64,000 bases of DNA. Origin: Octopus sinensis. Its lineage: Eukaryota. Location of the stretch: positions 106,764,001-106,828,000 of the forward strand of contig NC_043004.1 in NCBI RefSeq assembly GCF_006345805.1. The letters run 5' to 3'. The position numbers and the translations under genes were made by a program. Shown piece after piece: positions 1 to 11,067 of the stretch; the stretch's first letter is position 1, and the number at the start of each line of letters is the position of its first letter. The notes beneath the pieces are model-generated. The model saw only the letters and a program-made list of their open reading frames with translations, searched no databases and had not been told where the DNA came from.

Positions 1-162
1 TACATACTACATACATACATACAGTGGAAGCAATATTATCGATAATGGGCGAAATTGCGCTTGACCCTCTGGCCGATAACTGGTGACCTTCTGTGTTTCC
101 TATTCGCCTGTGTATTTACTATATGTTCATTTGTTTATTACACGTTCTTTTTCTTTAAATTT

Positions 163-249
<87 letters not shown>

Positions 250-1639
250 TGTATGTATATGTGTATGTATGTATGTATGTGTGTGTATGTATGTATAAGT
301 ATGCTATATTTTCCGTTTGTTGTCTCCTTTTTATTTAACCCTGATATTATTTATCTAATGCACGCACACCTTAGATTTTTACATATATTTTTTATTTCAA
401 GCAGCCACAACCGGGTTGCGCTTCAACACTCACGTTAAGAATCATCTTTAATTAAGTCCTCAATTTCGCATTGTGCCTCTCTGCCAATTACATCAATGTA
501 GTTGAATGCTCTGCATCTTCTTTTAGGATGCAGATATAACATATGGTATGGCCAAGTATTTATCTCGATAGCTGCAACCAGTAAAGTCTACTCTACATTG
601 AGCAACACGAGTAGGGATGGCTGGAATGTGTCTTCAAACCTCTTTGTTCGTTTTGAGCTCGCGCGTTGAGATGTCTTGATCCTGCAAGAAAAGTGTCGTA
701 TATACATCACATGAGGCAACGTGAAGGTCTTTCATAGTCCAAGTTTTGACTTCACAAAAGAATGCTCTTTCAACATTCCTTGATAAGGAATGGCCTTTAA
801 AATAATTGATTGAAAAACAGTGGTCAGTACTTAATTGTTTTGTGTCTGCCTTTATCCATATATTGTCTGTCCATCAAAGATAACATGTTCTAAAGTTAAC
901 AAGACTAACCAAGGTGACGAAGTTATAAAAAAAAGGAAATATTTAACTATGCACCAGAATATTGAAATAATATAGTGCTCTTCAATAATGTGTTATTAAG
1001 AAACAAATATATCATTTATTGGAATTTACGGTTCATTTTAGATACAAGTAAAATTATTGAATATTAACAAAGAAAATAGTAAAAACTTTCAGAAATAGAT
1101 GTAGTTATTATTTAAGAGGTTCCGGGCATTGTGATCCGTGTGTATTCGAATTTCAGAATCAATGGTCGCCAAAACAATAGAAACAGTATCATGAAGAAAT
1201 GGGCATCACGGACGATTGCGTATTTTCTGTTCGGCGGTCAGTGACGTGACTAGAGGGTGTGCTGCCCAAGACGGCCTCTGAGTCCTCCCCTCCTGAGAAC
1301 CCCTGGCTTATAGAGCAGATCCGAAACTGCTACCCCTAAAAAGCACCGCTCTGGATGGACTGGTCTTTCCCCTAACTATGGTACTGTGATAGGCTTAGAA
1401 GATTTAAAATAGAATGTAACATTCGTAAGCTTAATTTCTCTCCGACCGGCTAATAGAATTTGACAGATACTGAAACTATTGGAAAATACAAATTATTTGA
1501 TGATTAAGTTAAAAAAAAGAAAAGATTACTAACTATCTAAACTCTAAGATTTAAGGTGTGTGGCCGAGTGGTTAGGGTGTTGTACTCGTGATCACAAAGT
1601 CATGGTTTCCATTCCTGGACCAAGCAATGTGATGTGATC

Positions 1640-1810
1640 TTGAGCAAAATATTTCATACCACATTGCCACTCACAAGATCATGCTTCGCATTCCTGGATC
1701 GAGTGGTGTGCTGTGTTCTTGAGCAAAATATTTCATACCACATTGCCACTCACAAGATCATGCTTCGCATTCCTGGATCGAGTGGTGTGCTGTGTTCTTG
1801 AGCAAAATAT
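1640..1810. repeat. 79-bp tandem duplication inside a SINE
   Basis: The unit ttgagcaaaatatttcatacc...gctgtgttc occurs twice identically, plus a partial copy. Confidence 0.85.
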
Positions 1811-2330
1811 TTTATGCCATGTTGCTCTTGTCCACTAAGTTATGAACGAGTTCCAGCGATCATTGGGAAGTTAGCCCTGCGACGGGCCAGCATCACGTTT
1901 AGAATATGTATTGTAATTTTAATCATTTATAAGCCATGGAAACAGGTTAAGCTCTGGCCTTATGAGTGCTAGGACTCATGAAAGAAAGAAGAGATTTAAT
2001 GCAGTTAAGTTAACAAACACGGGCTTACAATGATATAATTACGTATGATTTATGCAAATATTTTTGCTTTCGGCATAATTGATAATGCGACACTTCTCAG
2101 GTCCAGCAGGTGCGGGTCTGTCCAAAATTTACTGCATCTATATGGGGGAGGGTGGCTTCGCAAGTGTGTGTGTGTGCGTGCATGCATGCGTGCATGCATG
2201 CGTGCGTGTGTGTGTCTGTGTGCATATGTATCTTTCGCCGGCGTATATGCATAACATCGACGAGTCGACCGAAAACCGTTGCTTTTCTAACGAAATTCTT
2301 CACAATCTCTTACAATATTTATTCTAGATC

Positions 2331-2523
2331 AAGGCGGTGAACAGGCAGAATCGTTAGCAATATTTCGTCTGCCCGTTACGTTCTGAGTTCAAATTCCGCC
2401 GATGTCGAATTTGCCTTTCATCCTTTTGGGGTCGATAAATTAAGTACCAATTGCGTAGTGGGGTCGATCTAATCGACTGGCCCCTCCCTAAGAATTTCGA
2501 GCCTTGTGCCTAGAGTAGAAAAG
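2331..2523 (+). mobile_element. tRNA-derived SINE family A with 17-bp TSD (other copies ~3925, 4120, 25738, 29590, 38628, 63665; minus ~3470, 53535)
   Basis: Head ggcgg..ggcagaatcgttagc, B-box gagttcaaattcc, core gcctttcatcctttYggggtcgataaa. TSD aatatttattcta[g/c]atc at 2314-2330 and 2524-2540. Confidence 0.8.
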
Positions 2524-2934
2524 AATATTTATTCTACATCGAGTTACAGACACTCATCCACTCACACTCACACGGTGCGAGTGGATGAGTGTCTGTAACA
2601 AAGGAAATCAGTATGCAAATTAGCAAAATAGAGGCATGCACACACACACACACACACACACGTAATTACATATCATGCCAGAGAAAACTAGTATTCCCGC
2701 TTAAAGAGCGATTGGTCCGTTAGAGACACGTGGCTAGTGACGCTATTATTCATAAACTGCGATATAAAATTCTTTTAATAAATAACAGATATGCCAGAGA
2801 CTTTAGAACTGCAGCCGATAGGATTCCCAAGTGGGATAGAAACCATTGTATTTTAAAATGTTTGTCCAACAGATCGTCATTCGGTTAGACTCTAACTGTA
2901 TGGCTTGTAGAGCACCAATTTTACTATGATATCA

Positions 2935-3230
2935 TGACTCAGCAGTTAAAGCGTCGGGTACACACTCATGAGGTAGTGAATTCGATTCCCGGACTGGGCT
3001 GTGTGTTGTGTTCTTGAGCAAGATGCTCTGTTTCACGTTGCTCCATTCACTCAGCTGTAGAAATGAGTTGCGACGTCACTGTACCAGCCTCTGCATTTCC
3101 CTTGGATAACATCGGTGGCGTGAAGAGGAGAGACTGGTCTGCATGAGTGACTGTTGGTCTTCCATAAACAACCTTGCTCGGACTTATGCCTCGGAGGGGA
3201 ATTTTCTAGGTGCAATCCTATGGTCATTCA
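2935..3230 (+). mobile_element. tRNA-derived SINE family C (copies ~1555, 28005; minus ~15475-15800)
   Basis: tRNA-like head, ttcttgagcaag core, shared ...ctaggtgcaatcc..tggtcattca end. Confidence 0.65.
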
Positions 3231-5134
3231 TATATAAATGTGAAATCTGATATTCTATAAACATTCAATTCCGTTGTTGTTCAGAATTGAGTTTCTCTCA
3301 AGATAAAGAAAATCAACGATATCCGTCACTGGCAAGTGAGTTTGCCTTGATCAGAAATACTATGCCTTTGCTGTGACCATGTAGTCGCGAGCAAACTCAC
3401 CTACTCTTGACTTAGTCAAAGCTGGAGCCAGGACGTAATAACTGGAGTGAGTGAAGAGTGAACCAGCACTGGTTCAGTACTTTTGAATCAACCCTGCAAG
3501 GATGAAAAGCTAACTGGTTCTCGGCGGGATTTGAACTCGGAATAGAGTTAAGGCTAAGACAAGACGCAATCACCCTACAATAGGCTAACGAACTTCGGTC
3601 TAATTGATAGTATAATCAGGTGTCACTCGCGAGCGAGTATTCTTTTGCTAACTGTGTAACGTAGCCGTGAGAAAAAAACATTAATAGTCTCTCGGCCCCT
3701 TCACCTTTCTCTCGGTGCAGCATCCAGGATGTGACAGCTAGAAATGTGATATCAAGTGTCTTGCTCAAGACCAGGTACCAAACATCCTAAACCACTATCC
3801 CAGACTCCTTCACCTAACTAACAGTGTATCTAGTAGTAAATCTATCCTCTTAATCAGCAATTTTAATCTGATTATTATGCAGCAGATATAATTAACGACT
3901 TTATTACATTTTATTGTTTATTAAAGCGGCGAGCTGGCGGAATTGTTAGCACGCTCTTTACAATCTGAGTTCAAATTCCGCCGAAGTCGACTTTGCCTTT
4001 CATCCTTTCGGAGTCGATTAAATGAGTACCAGTTATGCACTGGGGAACGATGTAATCCACTTAATCCCTTCCCCCCGAATGTCAGGCCTTGTACCCACCA
4101 TAGAAAGGATTATTTATTAAGGCGGCGAGCTGGCAGAATTGTTAGCACGCTCTTTGTGTTCTGAGTTCAAATTCCGCTGAGATCGACTTTGCCTTTCATC
4201 CTTTCGGAGTCGATAAAATAAAGTACCAGTTGAACACTGGTGCCAATCTAAATGACTAGCCCTCTCGCCCAAATTTTCAGGCCTCGTACTTATTGTAAGA
4301 AGGATTATACATTTATTTTATTTAAGTGAAAGCTACATAGTGGTCTGAGTAAACCCTTCCTGGGACTCATTGATAAAATACGAAATAAAAGCCTTCGAAA
4401 TATAAAAGGAGAAACAACCCCCGATCCATTATGAATCTCTGAATATGATGAAACACTAAACTACTAACAGCCTCGTCCAACTAATGATAAATAGATGCTA
4501 CATGGTGTTGCGGCTGTGTAACAGAGCCAACACGGTACTATCAAACTGATGAGTGTTTCTTTATTTCGTAGGGTTGAGTTCAACTTCTCTCAGATTATAT
4601 TTAGAAATTACGAAGTCTTCAGCCTAATCAATAGCTTATCGAACATAACACCATACGCTATCATTTAATAGGGGAGGCAACTCTTACACTTTAACCAGAA
4701 TTATTTCCCTTTATTTGTATACTTTGTTAGTAATTATATAATATTAATAGAAATATTAAAATGACTAAGTCTCTTTAAAAGAGATTACGACAGCGTTTCT
4801 GGAAATTAATAGTTATCGCCATACTAATATGGCATTCTTAAAAATAAGAATAAAGCTGTCGCTGATTAGCTCCATGAAGCCATCGCCTCAAGCTAGCTAC
4901 TTGACACACTTTTTTCTTACCACACACAAACACAATACATATGCAAGAAATACATAAACATAAGCGATTAGGCTAAAAAAACTTTTAAAGAAATAAATGT
5001 TCGAAGGTTTAATAACGGACGCAGTTTGTGTGTCAAGTAGCTAGCTTGAGGCGATGGCTTCATGGAGCTAATCAGCGACAGCTTTATTCTTATTTTTAAG
5101 AATGCCATATTAGTATGGCGATAACTATTAATAT

Positions 5135-5400
5135 ATAATAATAATAATGAAATTATTGTATACACTGCTCAGGTGCACCACAACTTGTCAGAAAGTGCGT
5201 ATAAAGTGTATGCAGTAATGTACAAGTGTCTGGAAAGCGAACAATGTATGAGTCAGATACATGCTTGTGTGTGTATGGAGGGGAGAAAATCAGGTGTAGT
5301 GTTGGCGAATCTCAGGAAGTATGGAAGTTTTGAAGGATGCAGTGCTCCGACAACTAACAACCGATGTTTGTTCCATGCTGCAGCAACTCTCAGCGTGAAA
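5135..5400 (-). mobile_element. CR1-type LINE extreme 3' end
   Basis: Close copy of 39790-40065. Confidence 0.7.
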
Positions 5401-6329
5401 AGTTTTAGCAAATTAACCTCATGAAGGCATTCTTCCATGCAGTCATTCATAAGCTGTGGTTTTTGTTTAGCCTAATTCAGCCGTGAGTGGGCAAACTTAC
5501 ATAATCAAATGTCTAATGGTCACAACTGTCTTTTCTATATCAGAGTACATTATCTAATGTCTTGAACAAAATAAATAGATAAATTAATTAATAGCTATCC
5601 TTCAACAGAGGTAGACAGATAATGAAAGTATTTGTTCAGCAATTTCCATAGAAAATTTTTATTTCTTTAAAAGTTTTTTTAGCCTAATCGCTTATGTTTA
5701 TGTATTTCTTGCATATGTATTGTGTTTGTGTGTGGTAAGAAAAAAGTGATCCGGTAAAATTGTCATGCATCAAACGAAATGCTTAGTTGTGACGTGTATT
5801 CAATAGTCAAATACTGAAGTTGATATATTCAAACAATATTTGTGGGTTCAATTGACCTCCTCAGTATTGCCCTTAACACTAGTTTCATCAACTTCTGATG
5901 ATATGTAATGTCATTATTCAGTTTTATTTCCAAATTTCTTTTCTTTCCAACAGAGAAAGAGTAACCAAGATCCATGGCTTCTTCAATGGAATTTCAACAA
6001 CATCGACAGGGTATTTAAGCAATGCATGTATGTATGTGTGTATGTATGTATGTATGAATGTATGTATGTATGAATGTATGTATGTGTGTATGTATGCATG
6101 CATGTATGTAGATTTGTATGTATGTATGTAGATTTGTATGTATGTATGTATGTATGTATGTATATATGTATGTATGTGAAGATTTGCAAGTTTTATGTAT
6201 GTATCCTCATGCATATAGTTGCATATCTAGACATGGCCGTATATTTTTAAATGATAAACTTCTGGAAAGTTCCACAGATTTTTAAAGTTACAGTGAGGGA
6301 TTGGATCTGTAGTCTTCAAATTAGCTTTT

Positions 6330-7100
6330 TCCTTTCTGATTTTGAGAAGCCTAATTTCTCAAGATTGGTATTTAGGCAGTGTGTTACATATCCCAGGGCC
6401 CCAATAATTACAGGAACAAACCTGAACTTGTCATCTGGATAGAATAACTACAGATTTTTCAATAGTTCAGCATAGGTGTTCTCTTTTTCACTGATCTTCA
6501 GCTTTAAGTTAACATCCGCTGGGCAGTTAATTTCCAAAACTATGCATAGTTTCTCTTCTCTATCCCAAATCATTATATCAGGTCTGTTGTGCTTACATTT
6601 TATTGAGGTCTTCACTGGGCTATTCCACTAGTACTCCTTTTTATTATGAGAGGCTATGGTTTCTACCATACTGTGGGTTCTTATTTCCTTGTCCTCGGGG
6701 TTATCCTTCCAACATTTCATAATAGAGTGTCCTAGCTACAACATCATGTCTCATCGGTAGATAATACCATGATGACATTTTCAGGCAGTTGCTTATGATG
6801 TGGGTGATATCTTCAGTGTGAACTTTACAAAGTCTGCATCGGTTGTCACACATTAAGGCTTTACCTGCATCTCTATTCCTTTTGTGCATCAGGTACTTGG
6901 CTGATATTTCCTCCTCCTGGATTGCAAACACAAACCCTTCAAGGTGGGAGGTAGTAATCCAGAAAATGGTCCATGATAAACTGCTTTGGTGATTGATGTT
7001 ACTATCATCATGGAACTTTCTACTAACATAGCCATGCATAGTCTTCTGCTCATATAGACTCATCCTTTCATCTGATGATACGTTCCGGTAGAGTCATGCG
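6330..7100 (-). mobile_element. Non-LTR retrotransposon 3' fragment with CCHC knuckle and restriction-like endonuclease (R4/Dong-like)
   Basis: CRLCxxxxEDITHIISNC and RHDVVA, followed in another frame by WWN...HNRPDIMIWD...CIVLEINCP. Confidence 0.75.
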
Positions 7101-8386
7101 ACTTCTTTGGGCATATATGTATGTATCTATCTATCTAGCTGTCTATTTATTTATTTATATATGCATATTGGTGTATGTATGTATGTATGTATGTATATTT
7201 GTGTAAATACATGTGTTTATGTACATGCATGTATATTTGTGTACATGTATACACAAAGACACACACATATACAGTACTTAAATATACACACATACATACA
7301 AATAAGCGATTCAGCTGAAAACAAATTAAAGAAATAAAAAATGTTTACAAAATTGCAGAACAAATACTTTCATTATCCATCTACCTTTACTGAAAGCTAA
7401 CCAAACGGACAATGTTTTGCCTATGGTCTCACCGGTATCAATTTTTACAACTGGTTGTTTGGCAATTTCCGTACTTTTATTCATTTACTTTTGTTTTCCT
7501 GTCCTATTGAAAGCAACATTTGAAGTCGGTGAGGAAGGTGAAAAGGGAAGCACACACACACATTGACTTTCATGTTTATGAGTTGAATAGGGAAACACAT
7601 CAGCACAACTCTATTTTTTGTTTCAGTCTTGGCTGCAGCCATGCTGGAGCACTGCCTTTAGTCGAACAAATCAACCCCAGGACTCATTCTTTGTAAGCCT
7701 AGGACTTATTTTATCAGTCTCTTTTGCTGAACCGCTAAATTCCGGGGACATAAACACACCAGCATCGGTTGTCAAGTGATGATGGGGGGACAAATACAGA
7801 CACACAAACATACACATATCTATATATATAGGATCTATCTATATATACATGAAAGGGGGGGCGGCCAGCCATGATCTTTCTTGGCCTGATTTCCAACCAC
7901 CAACACCTCTTATGTCCATATCCTGTATGTTCCTGCATTGAGGCTTTCACTTCATGCACACCAGCTCAATTTGATTCGTTCTCAGTCGAAAGACACCTGT
8001 TGTTATATCCTTGTTGTATGTATTTGTAACTGTGTACCATGTTCTCCATTGTTTGTCTTTGTCGTTGCCGTTAACATTCGCTAGCTTTCTTACAAAAAAA
8101 TCTGCTCTTAGCTTAGACTTTTTGTGGGGGTAACCAGATAGAACTGTCTCACATGTAACAGTAAGGACTTCTGGTAACTTGACTGAGGAAAGAAGGCCAC
8201 GAATGACCTGTCTTTTTTTGCCTCCCATTTTATATATACTCTTTTACTTGTTTCAGTCATTTGACCGTGGCCATGCTGGAGCACCGCCTTTAGTCGAGCA
8301 AATCGAGACTTATTCGAACCACTAAGTGACGGGGACATAAACACACCAGCAGTGCTAGAGGGACAAAGACAGACACACAAACATAT

Positions 8387-8425
<39 letters not shown>

Positions 8426-8589
8426 CGACGGGCTTCTTTCAGTTTCCGTCTCCCAAATCCACTCACAAGGCTTTGGTCGGCCCGAGGCTATAGCAGAAGA
8501 CACTTGCCCAAGATGCCACGCAGTAGGACTGAACCCGGACCATGTGGTTGGTTAGCAAGCTACTTACCACACAGCCACTCCCGCGCCTA

Positions 8590-8675
<86 letters not shown>

Positions 8676-9506
8676 ATATATATATGTGTATGTATATATA
8701 TATATATATATATTTATACACGACGGACTTCTTTCAGTTTCCGTCTACCAAATCCACTCACAAGGCTTTGGTCGGCCAGAGGCTATAGTAGAAGACACTT
8801 ACCCAAGGTGCCACGCAGTGGGACTGAACCCAGAACCATGTGGTTGATAAGCAAGTATGTATGTATTTATGGTTGTGCGTGTATATGAAAAATACCTGTG
8901 TGTGTTTGTAGGTGCGTCGGCGCGAGAACGAGTATGTTCCGTTCTATGTATTTCGTATTCACTCACACACACGCAAAATATGTACACCCAGTATCTTTCA
9001 TATACACCTACATGCATAAATACATACATGCGAGTGTATTTCATAATTCAACACATGGATATAGAAGTCAACGTGTGTGTGTGCGCGTACCTGTGTGTTT
9101 TCACCTATCTCACCGACTTCAAAGCAAATGTGGACAGGAAAACAAAAGTAAATCAATAAAAATTCTTTACGGAAATTGCCGAACAACCGGCTGTAAAAAT
9201 TGATAAGCGTGAAACCATGGGCGACAGATCATCGCCAAATAAATGAAACGTTAAGTAGGGGGAATGATATAAGGGAGACTTGACTGTTATTTCTAGCGGT
9301 TCGAGTGGCGGCATTAGACTAACAGAATTGTTAGAACGTTAAACAAAGCAAAACTTGCAGTATTTAGTTAAGGAACTTTTTTACATTCTCATTTCCACTT
9401 CTGTCGTGATTAAATTTCCCTTCATCATTTTCAGTGTACATAAAATAAATTACTAATTAAACCCTGATGGTCGATTTAATTAATTCCCGAATCACGAAAG
9501 AAGAAA

Positions 9507-9560
9507 TTTCGCTCGGAAGTGACGTCACGGCTCCAACCGTCGAAGCGCGCGAAATTTGAA
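9507..9560 (+). promoter_or_regulatory. Putative SKA1 core promoter: ETS-CRE composite, E2F-like site and CHR element
   Basis: CGGAAGT (9514-9520) overlaps TGACGTCA (9520-9527). GCGCGCGAAA (9545-9554, reverse complement TTTCGCGCGC) is followed directly by TTTGAA (9555-9560). Local CpG cluster in a CpG-poor background, ~35 nt upstream of a strong donor site. Confidence 0.6.
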
Positions 9561-9594
9561 CTGCTTTTGCTGTTGTCTTGTTTCAAGATCTTTG
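9561..9594 (+). other. SKA1: SKA1 non-coding first exon (5' boundary uncertain)
   Basis: Consensus donor TTG|GTAAGT at 9594/9595 just downstream of the promoter motifs. The ATG-containing exon begins with an acceptor (tgcag 15171-15175), which implies an upstream exon. Confidence 0.55.
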
Positions 9595-10208
9595 GTAAGT
9601 TTTTCGTTCAGCATTTACATTTGTTTTCAACTCAAAGCAGGACATTTGTTTGTTTCACAGCCAGTTTATGACTTGAACTGATCAGCTCACAATGATTTGT
9701 TATATTTTTTTCTCGTTTAGCTGTTTGTAGTCGCCGCTAAAATACGTAGAACACAATATGGGTGGGTGGGTGTATATATGTTTAGAATAAAGCTGAAGTT
9801 AACAAGGAATCTAAAGAATACACACACATCCATTTTCGGCGTAACCCTAAACACCCAATTTGCGTATTCTTTACCTTCGCCTCGGACCTAATAACTTCAG
9901 CTTTATTATTGTTCTTATTTTTGTGTCTTTTGCCTTAAATCTTTCGTCACTCGTCCTTTCACCTCTTCTGCGACTCTCCATCCTACGTGTCTCCTGTCCT
10001 CTTTAATCCATTCTGTCTTTCTATGATGTTTATCCTTATCTGTGCATGCATGTATGTGTGTATATATATATATATAACTAAAAATAAGGGTGTCTAAGAG
10101 ACACCACTATGCCGAAATAGCAGCCTAAGAACCACGTTAAATGTTCATATCGCACCATGAGATAAGACAGAGGGACAAAATAGACTAGCAAAAAATATTA
10201 CTGAATAA

Positions 10209-10264
10209 TTCAAGATCCTGGATTTCTAGCTTTGCTTTAAATAAGCTTTGCCTCGTCAGTTGAA
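10209..10264 (-). ncRNA. Minimal type-I hammerhead ribozyme motif in the loop of a foldback
   Basis: Minus strand: ttcaa-CTGACGA-ggc...gcta-GAAA-tccagga-TC-ttgaa. Stem I ttcaa/ttgaa, palindromic stem III, AUC triplet. Confidence 0.65.
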
Positions 10265-10444
10265 TATTGTAATATTTTTTGCTAATCTATTTTGTCCCTT
10301 TGTCTTATCTCATGGTGCTATATGAACATTTAATGTGGTTCTTAGAGTCAGGGTTTTGACTGCTATCTCGGCATGGTGGTGTCTCTTAGACACCCTTATT
10401 TTTTCCCATGCTGGCCACTTGATAATATCGATATTTAAATATCG

Positions 10445-11029
10445 GGCAATGTTTCGTTTGTAGTAGCACACGTTTCCGTCGATTTCCGTAAAAAACTTTT
10501 ATTTTTTTACGTATGGCTTTGCGGGAATATTTGAAGTAATGAGAGCGAAAGAGACTAAGAGGAAGCGATTTTATGACGAGGGAATTTCTTTTTGAAGTCC
10601 CCGTGTGTGTGTTTGATGGGGTGTGGGAGACAGACAGTATGTTGTGTAAGTGAAGTGCTTCTGTTAGTGTGTGCGAAGAGACAGAGAGAGTAATGTGTGA
10701 AAGAGAGAGATAACTGAAATTTTTTACTCGGTGTATGTGTATATGTATGTGTGTGTGTGTGTGTGTATGTATCTATGTATGTGTGTGTGTATGTATGTAT
10801 GGCCGATTCAGTGTAATTTTTTACTCTGTGTATATGTATGTGTGTGTGTGTATGTATGTATGTATGGCCGATTCAGTGTAATTTTTTACTCGGTGTATGT
10901 GTATATGTATGTCTGCATGTATGTGTGTGTGTGTGTGTGTATGTATCTATGTATGTGTGTGTGTATGTATGTATGGCCGATTCAGTGGAAATCGACGGAA
11001 ATGTGTGCTACTACAAACGAAACATTGCC
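10445..11029. mobile_element. MITE-like element with 43-bp terminal inverted repeats and an internal tandem duplication
   Basis: 10445-10487 is the reverse complement of 10987-11029 (1 mismatch). tatggccgattcagtg occurs three times internally. Confidence 0.65.
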
Positions 11030-11067
11030 AAATATCTATATTATCCTTATTTATATATATATATATA

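Noticed and set aside
55-438. Many YI/CV/HT-rich ORFs here and throughout the window
   Set aside because: Translations of (TA)n, (TG)n and (TATG)n microsatellites.
4546-4625. CTGATGA...GAAG possible hammerhead
   Set aside because: No GAAA and no convincing stem I or stem III.
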